Assembly: GCA_944389475.1 (NCBI GenBank)
Contig: CALXMM010000001.1
Span: forward strand, 8,721 to 72,720
Reading direction: 5' to 3'
Source: an uncultured Clostridia bacterium
GTDB taxonomy: Bacteria > Bacillota > Clostridia > TANB77 > CAG-508
DNA: 64,000 nt
Position 1 is the first letter of the stretch, and each line of letters starts with the position of its first letter. The position numbers and the translations under genes were made by a program. Shown piece after piece: positions 27,356 to 37,588 of this stretch. Below the pieces are notes generated by a model. The model was not told the origin of the DNA. It did not search any database and saw nothing but the letters and a program-made list of their open reading frames with translations.

Positions 27356-28360
27356 ATGTCAATTTTAGTTACTGGAGGAGCTGGATATATTGGTAGTCAT
27401 ACTGTTATAGAATTATTGAATGCAAATAGAGATGTTGTTATAATAGATGATTTTTCAAATAGTAAACCAGAGGTTTTAGATGCAATAAGAAAAATAACAA
27501 ATAAGGATTTTAAATTTTATAATATCAATTATGCAGATAGAGAAAAATTGGACAAGGTATTTAAGGAGAATGATATTGAAGCAGTAATAAATTTTGCAGG
27601 ATTTAAAGCTGTAGGGGAATCAGTTCAAAAACCAATAGAGTATTATACAAATAATGTTTCAGGAACATTAACATTATTAGATGTTATGAGAAAAAATAAT
27701 GTTAAGAAATTTGTATTTAGCTCATCTGCAACAGTATATGGAAAACCAGAAGTTGTTCCAATTACAGAAGATGCAAAAACAGGTGGAACAACAAATCCTT
27801 ATGGAACTAGTAAATTATTTATAGAGCAAATTCTAAAAGATGTTTATAAATCTGATAATACTTGGGATATTGTTATATTAAGATATTTTAATCCAATTGG
27901 AGCACATGAAAGTGGATTAATTGGAGAAGAACCTCAAGGTATTCCAAATAATTTAATGCCATATATTGTAAGGGTTGCAAATGGTACATTAAAAGAATTA
28001 TCTGTTTTTGGAAATGATTACGATACACCGGATGGAACAGGAGTAAGAGATTATATTCATGTTGTAGATTTGGCAAAAGGACATATTAATGCATTACAAA
28101 AACTAGAAAAAGAAGGACAAGGTTTGTTTATTTACAATCTAGGAACAGGTAAAGGATATAGTGTTTTAGACCTTGTAAAAACATTCGAAGAAGTAACTGG
28201 CAAAAAAGTACCATATAAAATAGCTCCAAGAAGAGAAGGAGATATAGATAAATGTTATTCTGATCCTACAAAGGCAAAAAATGAATTGGGTTGGGTCGCA
28301 GAAAAAGACCTAAAACAAATGTGTAAAGATTCATGGAATTATATTGTTAAACATAGTTAA
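27356..28360 (+). CDS. galE: UDP-glucose 4-epimerase
   Basis: TGGAGYIGSH, FSSSATVYG, YGTSK, LRYFNPIGAH. Confidence 0.95.
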   Translation: MSILVTGGAGYIGSHTVIELLNANRDVVIIDDFSNSKPEVLDAIRKITNKDFKFYNINYADREKLDKVFKENDIEAVINFAGFKAVGESVQKPIEYYTNNVSGTLTLLDVMRKNNVKKFVFSSSATVYGKPEVVPITEDAKTGGTTNPYGTSKLFIEQILKDVYKSDNTWDIVILRYFNPIGAHESGLIGEEPQGIPNNLMPYIVRVANGTLKELSVFGNDYDTPDGTGVRDYIHVVDLAKGHINALQKLEKEGQGLFIYNLGTGKGYSVLDLVKTFEEVTGKKVPYKIAPRREGDIDKCYSDPTKAKNELGWVAEKDLKQMCKDSWNYIVKHS

Positions 28361-28376
28361 AAAAATAATTAGTTAG

Positions 28377-29327
28377 GTGAGAATGGTGGAAAAAAAGGAA
28401 ACTAAACAGCAAGGCAATGAAGAAAATAAAAAGGTAAAAAGCCATAGCTATAGTAAAGAAAATAATAAAAAAGCGGAAGGAAGCCATAGCTATAGTAAAG
28501 AAGATAATAAAAAACAAGAAGGAAGTCATAGTAAAGAAAGTAGTAATAAAAAAATATTTATATATAGAATTGTGGTATCAATTATAATGATTGTTAGTAT
28601 AATATTAGTATATGTATTAAACAATTTAGGAAATAGTAAGGAAGTTGGTGCTATGACAAATAATATTTCAAATGAAACATTTGAAAATGCAATTCTTAGT
28701 ACTAATAGTGTTGATAATAACACTATTAGTACACAACATGTAACTTCTGAGGAAAGTTTACGAAAATTAAATGATTGGAGATTAATTTTAGTAAATTATG
28801 AAAATACAATGGCTGAAGACTATGTTCCACCACTTGCCAATATCGATAGTGCCAGACAATTTGATGCTAGAGCAATTGATAGTTTAACACAAATGATTCT
28901 AGATATGAAAGCAGTTGGAATAAAAAATATTTGGGCACAGTCTACATATAGAAGTCCTGAGAAACAAAAGCATTTAATAGATGAAAGTATACAGGAATAT
29001 TTAGCAGATGGAAAAACAGAAGAGGAAGCAAGAGCACTTACATTAAATGGAATAGAAGAACCATATAAAAGTGAACATAATTTAGGTTTAGCTGTTGACT
29101 TTAATAATGTTGATAATGCTTTCGAAAAAGAACCTGCATTCCCGTGGCTTGTAGAAAATGCAGCAAATTATGGATTTATACTTAGATATCCAAAAGACAA
29201 AGAAAATATAACACAAATAAAATATGAACCATGGCATTGGAGATATGTAGGTCCAGAATATGCTAAGGAAATGAAAAACTTAGGTCTTTGTTTAGAAGAA
29301 TATATAGAATATTTAAAAAATAATTAG
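28377..29327 (+). CDS. M15B (VanY-like) D-Ala-D-Ala carboxypeptidase, membrane anchored
   Basis: STYRS, SEHNLGLAVD, YGFILRYP, YEPWHWRYVG. Confidence 0.9.
   Translation: MRMVEKKETKQQGNEENKKVKSHSYSKENNKKAEGSHSYSKEDNKKQEGSHSKESSNKKIFIYRIVVSIIMIVSIILVYVLNNLGNSKEVGAMTNNISNETFENAILSTNSVDNNTISTQHVTSEESLRKLNDWRLILVNYENTMAEDYVPPLANIDSARQFDARAIDSLTQMILDMKAVGIKNIWAQSTYRSPEKQKHLIDESIQEYLADGKTEEEARALTLNGIEEPYKSEHNLGLAVDFNNVDNAFEKEPAFPWLVENAANYGFILRYPKDKENITQIKYEPWHWRYVGPEYAKEMKNLGLCLEEYIEYLKNN
28439..28551 (+). repeat. In-frame ~42-bp tandem repeat in the N-terminal tail
   Basis: SHSYSKENNKK / SHSYSKEDNKK / SHSKESSNKK. Confidence 0.8.
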
Positions 29328-29345
29328 GGATTTTAGACTGCCAAC

Positions 29346-29474
29346 AGGGATTTAGGGTCAGTCCTAGAATCCCTATTTTTTTATATAAATTTTTTGAACT
29401 TTAAGGTCAGTCCATAAAGTTCATTTCTTTATGTAAATCTTTTGAACTTTAAGGTCCGTCCCCAAAGTTCAAAA
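29346..29474. repeat. Cluster of three REP-like palindromes with a GGTC(A/C)GTCC core
   Basis: AGGGATTT-AGGGTCAGTCCTA-GAATCCCT; TGAACTTT-AAGGTCAGTCCAT-AAAGTTCA; TTTTGAACTTT-AAGGTCCGTCCCC-AAAGTTCAAAA. Confidence 0.8.
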
Positions 29475-29548
29475 AAGTATGGAAATAAAAAATAAATTGT
29501 GATAAAATAACCATTGTGCTAAAAAATGTGAAAGGAGAAATGAGAAAA

Positions 29549-31297
29549 ATGTTAAAAGAACTGTCAAAATACATCAAGCAGTACAAAAAATATGCAATTT
29601 TAACGCCTTTTATGGTAGTTTTAGAAATTGTAATGGAGGTAGTAATACCATATCTTATGGCCAAAATTATTGATGTAGGAATACAAAATAATGATTTGGA
29701 TTATATTATAAGAATTGGAATAATGCTAGTAATTTCAGCAATTATGTCATTAATATTTGGAGTACTTTCCGGAAGATTCGCAGCCATTGCTTCTGCAGGA
29801 TTTGCGAAGAATTTAAGACAAGGGATGTTTTATAATATTCAAAATTACTCTTTTTCAAATATAGATAAATTTTCTACATCAAGTTTAGTAACAAGATTAA
29901 CAACAGATGTAACTAATGTTCAAAATGCATTTCAAATGATAATAAGAGCATTAGTAAGAGCGCCTATAATGATTATTTTTGCATTATGTATGGCGTTTTC
30001 TATAAATAAAGAATTATCTTTTGTATATATTGCAACAATGATACCACTTGCATTAATTCTTGCATTTATATCAATTAAGGCTCATCCATATTTTGAGAAA
30101 GTTTTCAAAAAATATGATGATTTAAACAGAGTTGTAGGAGAAAACTTGAATGCAATTAGGGTTGTAAAATCTTTTGCAACAGAAGAAAATGAAGAGAAAA
30201 AATTTGGAGATGTAAACTCATTAGTTTATAAATTATTTAAGAAAGCTGAGAAAATAGTAACTTTCAATAGTCCAGTTATGCAAATTGCAATCTATACTTG
30301 TATATTATTCTTATCTTGGCTTGGAGCAAAGGCAATTGTAACAGGTGGAATGCAAACAGGACAACTTTCTAGTTTAATTACATATGCTTGGCAAATATTA
30401 TCTAGCTTAATGATGCTTTCTATGGTATTAGTTATGATAATTATTGCTCAATCATCTGCAGAAAGAATTTACGAGGTTTTAACAGAAGAGCCAACTATAA
30501 GAAATAAAGAAAAAACAGTAAAGGAAATAAAAGATGGAAGCATAGAATTTATAGATGTAGACTTCCAATATGATGATGCAAAAGCAAATGAAATGTTACC
30601 ACTAGAAGATATCAATTTAAAAATAAATTCTGGTGAAGTAATTGGAATTATAGGTGGAACTGGAAGTTCTAAGACTTCTTTGGTAAACTTAATTCCTAGA
30701 TTATATGATGTTAAATCCGGATTCGTTAAAGTTGGTGGCGTAGATGTTAGGGATTACGACCTAGAAACTTTAAGAAATGGAGTTGCAATGGTTCTTCAAA
30801 AGAACGTACTATTCTCTGGAACAATTGCAGAGAATTTAAGATGGGGTAATGCAAATGCAACTGATGAGGAATTAGTAGAAGCATGTAAATTAGCTCAAGC
30901 AGATGGATTTATTCAAGAATTCCCAGATAAATATAATACAGTATTGGACCAAGGTGGTACAAATGTATCTGGAGGTCAAAAACAAAGAATTTGTATAGCA
31001 AGAGCATTGCTTAAAAAACCAAAAATCTTAATATTGGATGATTCAACAAGTGCTGTAGATACAAAAACAGATGCACTTATAAGAAAAGCATTTAGAGAAG
31101 ATATTCCAAATACTACTAAAATAATTATTGCACAAAGAATTAGTTCAATTATAGATGCAGATAAAATAATAGTTATGGATAACGGTAGAATAGATGGAAT
31201 AGGAACATCTGATGAATTATTAAAAACAAATAAGATATACCAAGAAGTATATGAATCTCAAATGGGAGGAGTTGATAGTAATAATGAAGGAAAATAA
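29549..31297 (+). CDS. Heterodimeric ABC exporter subunit A (degenerate NBD); start uncertain
   Basis: TMD followed by GGTGSSKT, VSGGQKQR, LDDSTSAVD, IAQR. Confidence 0.9.
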   Translation: MLKELSKYIKQYKKYAILTPFMVVLEIVMEVVIPYLMAKIIDVGIQNNDLDYIIRIGIMLVISAIMSLIFGVLSGRFAAIASAGFAKNLRQGMFYNIQNYSFSNIDKFSTSSLVTRLTTDVTNVQNAFQMIIRALVRAPIMIIFALCMAFSINKELSFVYIATMIPLALILAFISIKAHPYFEKVFKKYDDLNRVVGENLNAIRVVKSFATEENEEKKFGDVNSLVYKLFKKAEKIVTFNSPVMQIAIYTCILFLSWLGAKAIVTGGMQTGQLSSLITYAWQILSSLMMLSMVLVMIIIAQSSAERIYEVLTEEPTIRNKEKTVKEIKDGSIEFIDVDFQYDDAKANEMLPLEDINLKINSGEVIGIIGGTGSSKTSLVNLIPRLYDVKSGFVKVGGVDVRDYDLETLRNGVAMVLQKNVLFSGTIAENLRWGNANATDEELVEACKLAQADGFIQEFPDKYNTVLDQGGTNVSGGQKQRICIARALLKKPKILILDDSTSAVDTKTDALIRKAFREDIPNTTKIIIAQRISSIIDADKIIVMDNGRIDGIGTSDELLKTNKIYQEVYESQMGGVDSNNEGK

Positions 31298-33179
31298 TAC
31301 AGATAAAATAAATAATAATACTAAAAAGAAAACTAAAAAATCTGGTACATTATTTAGATTATTAAAATATGCATTAAGTGATTATAAAGGACAATTTGCT
31401 GTAGTAGTAATTAGTATAATTGTAAGTGCAGCAGCTAATGTTATTGGTATACAATTTATTCAAACATTAATAGATAATTATATTACACCACTTATAGGAA
31501 ATCAAAATCCAAATTATGCTTCATTGTTACAAGCAATTCTTACTATGGGATTAGTATATCTTACAGGTGCAATAGCTACATATATATATAATAGATTAAT
31601 GATTAACATAACACAGGGAACTTTACAAAAAATAAGAAAAGAAATGTTTAATCATATGCAAAGATTACCAATAGGCTATTTTGACAGTCATAGCCATGGT
31701 GAAATAATGAGTACTTATACAAATGATGTTGACACATTAAGACAAGCATTAAGCCAAAGTATTCCTCAAGTATTTTCTGCAATAGTTACTATGGTTACAG
31801 TATTTATAGGAATGGTTACAACAAATATTTATTTAACATGTGTTGTAATTTTAATTGTTATAATAATGACATTTGTATCTAGATTCTTTGCTAAAAATAG
31901 TTCTAAATATTTCGTTGGTCAACAAGAGAGCATTGGAAAAGTTGATGGATACATAGAAGAAATGATGAATGGTCAAAAAGTTGTAAAAGTATTCTGTTAC
32001 GAAGAAAGATCAAAAGAAAGATTTGATAAATTAAACGAAGAGTTATTTAAAAGCAGTACGAAGGCTAATACATATGCTAATACATTAATGCCTTGTATAA
32101 TGAATATAGGAAATGTTGGATATGTTTTAGTTGCAGTAATTGGTGGTGTACTTGCAGTAAATGGTCTACTTACAATAGGTAGTATAGCGGCCTTCCTACA
32201 ATTTATAAAAGCATTCACAAACCCACTTGCTCAAGTTTCTCAACAATTAAACTTCGTTGCAATGGCATTAGCAGGTGCTGAAAGATTATTCAAATTAATG
32301 GATGAACCAGTAGAAGTAGATGATGGATATGTAACATTAGTAAATGCAAAAGAAGTTGATGGTAAATTAGAAGAAACAACAGAAAGAACAGGATTATGGG
32401 CTTGGAAACATCCACATAGTGATGGAACAACAACATATACAAAATTAACTGGAAATGTTGAGTTTGAACATGTAAGTTTTGGATATGTTCCAAATAAAGA
32501 GATTTTACATGATATAAGCTTGGTAGCAAAAGAAGGGCAAAAAGTTTCTTTTGTTGGACCTACAGGAGCTGGAAAAACTACAATTACAAACTTAATAAAT
32601 CGTTTCTATGATATTCAAAAAGGAAAAATAAGATATGATGGAATTAATATCCAAAAAATGAAAAAGAATGATTTAAGAAAATCATTAGGAATGGTTTTAC
32701 AAGATACACATTTATTTACAGGAACAATAAGAGATAACATTAGGTATGGAAATGTAAATGCAACAGAAGAACAAGTAATAGCTGCAGCTAAACTTGCAAA
32801 TGCTGATAGATTTATAAGACATTTACCACATGCATACGATACAATGATATCAGGTGATGGAGAAGGCTTATCACAAGGACAAAGACAATTGCTAGCAATA
32901 GCAAGAGCAGCACTATACAATCCACCAGTATTAATACTGGATGAGGCAACAAGCTCAATAGATACACGTACAGAAAAAATAGTTCAAGATGGTATGGATA
33001 AACTTATGAAAGGAAGAACAGTATTTGTTATAGCACATAGATTATCAACAATTAAAAACTCAGACTTAATAATGGTACTAGACCATGGAAACATTATAGA
33101 AAGAGGAAATCACGAAGAACTATTAAAGAAAAAAGGTATGTACTATGGATTATATACAGGTGCAATCGAAATAGAATAA
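31284..33179 (+). CDS. Heterodimeric ABC exporter subunit B
   Basis: TMD followed by GPTGAGKT, LSQGQRQL, LDEATSSID, IAHRL; GGAGG RBS. Confidence 0.9.
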   Translation: MKENNTDKINNNTKKKTKKSGTLFRLLKYALSDYKGQFAVVVISIIVSAAANVIGIQFIQTLIDNYITPLIGNQNPNYASLLQAILTMGLVYLTGAIATYIYNRLMINITQGTLQKIRKEMFNHMQRLPIGYFDSHSHGEIMSTYTNDVDTLRQALSQSIPQVFSAIVTMVTVFIGMVTTNIYLTCVVILIVIIMTFVSRFFAKNSSKYFVGQQESIGKVDGYIEEMMNGQKVVKVFCYEERSKERFDKLNEELFKSSTKANTYANTLMPCIMNIGNVGYVLVAVIGGVLAVNGLLTIGSIAAFLQFIKAFTNPLAQVSQQLNFVAMALAGAERLFKLMDEPVEVDDGYVTLVNAKEVDGKLEETTERTGLWAWKHPHSDGTTTYTKLTGNVEFEHVSFGYVPNKEILHDISLVAKEGQKVSFVGPTGAGKTTITNLINRFYDIQKGKIRYDGINIQKMKKNDLRKSLGMVLQDTHLFTGTIRDNIRYGNVNATEEQVIAAAKLANADRFIRHLPHAYDTMISGDGEGLSQGQRQLLAIARAALYNPPVLILDEATSSIDTRTEKIVQDGMDKLMKGRTVFVIAHRLSTIKNSDLIMVLDHGNIIERGNHEELLKKKGMYYGLYTGAIEIE

Positions 33180-33275
33180 TGAACTTTGACAAATTAAGTA
33201 ATTTAATATATTATAATAGTATACAGAATGAAAATAATCTTTATGAAGAAAAATATATAAAGGGAGGTTATTCTA

Positions 33276-33671
33276 ATGGATGAAGAAAAAGATGTAAATC
33301 AAGAAATTAATGTGGCAAATGATGTTGTCGCAACAATTGCTGGTATGGCAGTGGCTAAAGTTGATGGAGTTGCAAAAATGGCAGGAGGATTCACAGAAGG
33401 ATTAAAAGCTATTAGTGGAAAGAAACAAATGTCTAGAGGAATTAAAGTAGAATCAGATGGAGATAATGTCAAAATAGAAATTAACATTATAGTAAAATAT
33501 GGTGTAAACATAAGAGAAGTTGGAAAAAATATACAAGATAGAGTAAAAGAAGAAGTAGAAAATATGACAGGAAATAAAGTTGAAAGAGTTGTTGTAAACG
33601 TACAAGGAGTAAAAGTAGATGATGCTGAAGAAGAAAAAGCAGATGAAACTACAGATGGTACGGAGGAATAA
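33276..33671 (+). CDS. Asp23/Gls24 family protein
   Basis: VANDVVATIAG, RGIKVE, IQDRVKEEVENMTG. Confidence 0.92.
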   Translation: MDEEKDVNQEINVANDVVATIAGMAVAKVDGVAKMAGGFTEGLKAISGKKQMSRGIKVESDGDNVKIEINIIVKYGVNIREVGKNIQDRVKEEVENMTGNKVERVVVNVQGVKVDDAEEEKADETTDGTEE

Positions 33672-33675
33672 AATA

Positions 33676-34218
33676 ATGGATCCAATAAAAGATTTATTTA
33701 AAAAATCAGGAATGTCCAATCTTTTGGTATCAATAATCTTTGGACTTTTGGGAGTCATATTATGTGTTTTTCATGAAGGTGCTATAAAAGCAATCTCATG
33801 GCTAATTGGTTTATTATTTTTGGTAATAGGAATATCTAGAATAGTTACATATATACAAGGAAGAGGTAGAGGTGAATACTATAATTTTAACTTATTATCA
33901 GGATTACTATCTGTTCTTATTGGATTATTTGTAATTATTTTTGCAAATGCAATAGGTGCTGTAATAAGAATTATAATTGCACTTTGGATTTTATATAGCG
34001 GAATAAATAGAGCATATTTATCATTTAAATTGAAGGATTATAATACTTCAATTTGGATTTCTAGTTTAATTTTAGCTATTATAATGATAATACTTGGTAT
34101 ATACATTTTATTTAATAATGGTGCAATTATTTCTCTTATTGGTGGATTAATGATTGCATATGCAATAATAGATATTATAGAAAGCATATGTTTTATGAAA
34201 AATTTAAAACGTTTTTAA
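33676..34218 (+). CDS. DUF308/HdeD family membrane protein
   Basis: Six short TM helices in a HdeD-like pattern; GGAGG RBS before ATG 33676. Confidence 0.75.
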   Translation: MDPIKDLFKKSGMSNLLVSIIFGLLGVILCVFHEGAIKAISWLIGLLFLVIGISRIVTYIQGRGRGEYYNFNLLSGLLSVLIGLFVIIFANAIGAVIRIIIALWILYSGINRAYLSFKLKDYNTSIWISSLILAIIMIILGIYILFNNGAIISLIGGLMIAYAIIDIIESICFMKNLKRF

Positions 34219-34265
34219 AATTAATTTTAAGTGATTTTGCTAGTTTAACATAGCAAAAACAATGT

Positions 34266-34292
34266 AAAAGCCTCAGTTTATGGGGCTTTTAT
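34266..34292 (+). terminator. Intrinsic terminator
   Basis: AAAAGCCTCA-GTTTA-TGGGGCTTTT. Confidence 0.65.
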
Positions 34293-34467
34293 TAATTTAC
34301 AAATAAAACACATTTAGGGAATAATTTGGAAATAATTTATATATAAAATAATAGCATACTAAGAAGAAAGGAGTTGATGCTAAATAGAAAGTGAGCTGAT
34401 AAATATAGAAAGTGAAATTACACAAAATGAAAAATTAACAGTAAAAAGTGATGTCTTTGAGAAATTA

Positions 34468-35025
34468 ATGACAATATACTCACTTAGCATAGAAGAACTA
34501 AAAAATATTGTAAAAGACATGGAGGTGAAGTACCAAAATATAAATTTAATAGACCATGTTAAATCTAGATTAAAAAGTCCCAAAAGCATAATAAAAAAGA
34601 TGAAAAAGAAAAAATATAATTTAAATTATAAGGAATTAATAGAAAAAATTAACGATATTGCTGGAATAAGAATTATTTGCCCTTTTCAAGAAAACGTATA
34701 TATAGTAAGAGAATTATTAATGCAAAATCCTAAAATACAGGTAATAGAAGAAAAAGATTACATACAAAAACCTAAAAAAAGTGGATATGCTAGTTTGCAT
34801 TTAATAGTGGAAGTACCTGTAGAAACTGATATGGGTAAAGTATATGTAAAGGCAGAGATTCAAATAAGAACAATGGCAATGGACTTTTGGGCTAGTCTAG
34901 AACATGAACTAAAATATAAAAATAGTAATGTTACAAAGCAGACTTCTAAGAAATTATTAAAAGCTGCTAAAGTGATGAAAAAATTAGATTACGAAATGTC
35001 CGTGTTAGCAAACGAGACACGTTAA
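34468..35025 (+). CDS. Small alarmone (p)ppGpp synthetase, RelP/RelQ-like; true start may be upstream
   Basis: SRLKSPKSI, DIAGIRI, KDYI..PK.SGYASLH, EIQIRT..MDFWASLEH. Confidence 0.9.
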   Translation: MTIYSLSIEELKNIVKDMEVKYQNINLIDHVKSRLKSPKSIIKKMKKKKYNLNYKELIEKINDIAGIRIICPFQENVYIVRELLMQNPKIQVIEEKDYIQKPKKSGYASLHLIVEVPVETDMGKVYVKAEIQIRTMAMDFWASLEHELKYKNSNVTKQTSKKLLKAAKVMKKLDYEMSVLANETR

Positions 35026-35048
35026 ATTCCCCTTTTATTTTATATATA

Positions 35049-35083
35049 GAGCTATCAAAATTTTGATTTTGATAGCTCCTTTT
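35049..35083 (+). terminator. Intrinsic terminator
   Basis: GAGCTATCAAAA...TTTTGATAGCTC followed by CTTTT. Confidence 0.7.
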
Positions 35084-35237
35084 GCGTTTTTAGCTTTATT
35101 TGTCATTAAATGTTTAAAGAACTACAATGCGATTTAATAATAAAAAATATTTGAGTTGTTTTTTTTGAAATTATATAGTAATATATTATAGTGTGTGATA
35201 GAATACAAAAAATGCGAAAGAGAAGGAGTGTAATATT

Positions 35238-37580
35238 TTGGACAAGGAAGAATTAAATGGTTTAACAGACAAACAAGTTGAAAAAAGAATAGAATCAGGG
35301 AAAGTAAACAAAGTAGATGATGACAAAACTAGAACAAATTGGGAAATAATAAGGGATAATGTTTGCACTTTATTTAACTTATTTAATCTTTTGATTGCAA
35401 TAGCTTTAATTGCAGTAAAGGCATATACCAATTTGGCATATATGGTAATAATCATTATAAATATAGTTATTGGAATCGTACAAGAAATTCATGCAAGAAA
35501 TTTAGTACAAAAACTATCAGTATTAAAAATTTCAAAAGCCACAGTTGTTAGAAATGGCAAAGAAAAAGAAGTAAATATAGAAGAAATCGTATTAGATGAT
35601 GTAATAATTTTAAATTCTGGAAAACAAATTTGTGCGGATTCAGTTGTATTAGAAGGCGAAGTAGAAGTAAATGAATCTTTACTTACAGGTGAATCTGATA
35701 CAATATTAAAGAAAAAAGGTGATAAATTATTATCTGGAAGCTATGTAGTTAGTGGAAAATGTTATTCAAAAGTAGAAAAAGTTGGAAAAGACAATTTTGC
35801 AGCACAAATTACTAGTGAAACAAAGAAATATAAAAGAGCTGAGTCTGAACTAGTAAATTCAATGAGAAAAGTAACAAGATTTACTAGTTTCGTAATTATT
35901 CCAGTTGGTATAATTTTATTTGTTCAAGCTTATTTAGTAAGACATGTAGATATAACTAATTCTGTTGTTTCAACAGCTGCAGCATTATTGGGTATGTTGC
36001 CTAAGGGATTAATGTTACTTATAACAATATCTTTAGCAACAGGTGTTATTAAACTTGCTAAAAAAAGTGTTTTGGTTCAGGATTTATACAGTGTAGAAAC
36101 ATTGGCACATATAGATACATTATGCCTAGATAAAACAGGAACAATTACAGAAGGAAAGATGAAGGTTGCAGATATAGAGGTATATAACGAAAAATGCTTA
36201 CCACATCCTATGAAAACTTTAATGACAGCATTTGTAAATGAGATGACAGACAACAATGCTACATTTATGGCACTTAAAGATTATTTTAAGGGTGATGATA
36301 CTTTCGAAGTAGAGGACAATATGTCATTTTCATCAGAAAGAAAATGGAGTTCTATTAGTTTTAAAAGAATAGGTTCAATTGTTTTAGGAGCACCTGAAAG
36401 ACTTATAGAAAAAAGTGACATGGAAATGCCTGATAAAATATTAAAAGAACAAAAAGCTGGTAAAAGAATGTTATTTATAGCTTACACAAAAGAAGTTGTA
36501 AGTGATGAACATTTGCCAAAACTAGAAATTGTTGCAGCAATTACATTGGATGATCCACTTAGAAAAAATGCTAAAGAAATGTTAGGTTTCTTTAAGACAC
36601 AAAAAGTTGATATAAAAATAATTTCTGGGGATAATCCTTTAACTGTTTCAAGTATTGCTAAAAAAGCAGGGTTAGAATCTTATGATTCATATATAGATTT
36701 ATCTACTTTAGATTCTGATGATGAAATTCCAGAATTAGTAGATAAATATAGTGTTTTTGCAAGAGTTTTACCACATCAAAAGAGTTTAATAGTAAAAGCT
36801 TTACAAGCTAAAGGTCATTCAGTAGCAATGACTGGAGATGGAGTTAATGATGTTGTAGCATTAAAGCAAGCTGATTGTAGTATAACTTTACCAGAAGCTT
36901 CAGATATAGCAAGACAAGTATCTCAAATAGTATTATTGAATTCGGATTTTAGTGTACTTAAAGATGTACTAATGGAAGGTAGAAGAGTTGTAAATAATAT
37001 TACGAATGTAGCAAGAATTTTCTTTATAAAAACAATATATTCAATGCTACTATCATTGTTTAACATAATAACAAATACTGCATTCCCATTTATACCAGTC
37101 CAAATTACATTAATAGATTTAGTAATAGAAGGATATACATCATTCTTCTTATCATTCTTAGAAAACTCAAAACCAATAAGAGGTCGCTTCTTGAAAACGG
37201 TTCTAAGAAATGCAATGCCATATGCTTTAACCATAATAATTAGTATAATAATTTTAACATTTACGAGAGCAGGTCTTGGTTTAGAAGTGGAAGAATCACA
37301 AACTTTAATGTATCTAGTTATTGGTGGAGTTAGTATATTTGCAGTAATAGATGCTTGTAGACCATTTAATAGAATAAGTACATTCCTATGTACGACTACA
37401 GCAATAGGATTTTTCTTTGCAGTAATTTTATTTAGAAATTTCTTACATTTAACTCCTATAGATGGAGATGCATTAACAATCTTTGTAGCTAATTTAGTCT
37501 TAGCTTATATAGTTGTTACAGGTCTAAAGAGCCTTATAAATAATTTAAGTAAAGACCTAGAAAAAGCAAATGAAATTTAG
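35238..37580 (+). CDS. Cation-translocating P-type ATPase
   Basis: TGES, PKGL, DKTGTIT, SGDN, GDGVND. Confidence 0.92.
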   Translation: MDKEELNGLTDKQVEKRIESGKVNKVDDDKTRTNWEIIRDNVCTLFNLFNLLIAIALIAVKAYTNLAYMVIIIINIVIGIVQEIHARNLVQKLSVLKISKATVVRNGKEKEVNIEEIVLDDVIILNSGKQICADSVVLEGEVEVNESLLTGESDTILKKKGDKLLSGSYVVSGKCYSKVEKVGKDNFAAQITSETKKYKRAESELVNSMRKVTRFTSFVIIPVGIILFVQAYLVRHVDITNSVVSTAAALLGMLPKGLMLLITISLATGVIKLAKKSVLVQDLYSVETLAHIDTLCLDKTGTITEGKMKVADIEVYNEKCLPHPMKTLMTAFVNEMTDNNATFMALKDYFKGDDTFEVEDNMSFSSERKWSSISFKRIGSIVLGAPERLIEKSDMEMPDKILKEQKAGKRMLFIAYTKEVVSDEHLPKLEIVAAITLDDPLRKNAKEMLGFFKTQKVDIKIISGDNPLTVSSIAKKAGLESYDSYIDLSTLDSDDEIPELVDKYSVFARVLPHQKSLIVKALQAKGHSVAMTGDGVNDVVALKQADCSITLPEASDIARQVSQIVLLNSDFSVLKDVLMEGRRVVNNITNVARIFFIKTIYSMLLSLFNIITNTAFPFIPVQITLIDLVIEGYTSFFLSFLENSKPIRGRFLKTVLRNAMPYALTIIISIIILTFTRAGLGLEVEESQTLMYLVIGGVSIFAVIDACRPFNRISTFLCTTTAIGFFFAVILFRNFLHLTPIDGDALTIFVANLVLAYIVVTGLKSLINNLSKDLEKANEI

Positions 37581-37588
37581 GAGACATA

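Noticed and set aside
28377-29327. Vancomycin-resistance gene vanY
   Set aside because: No van ligase, vanH/X or regulators nearby; M15B peptidases are common housekeeping enzymes.
29346-29474. CRISPR array or IS ends
   Set aside because: Only three imperfect copies with ~20-nt gaps; no cas or transposase gene and no target-site duplication seen.
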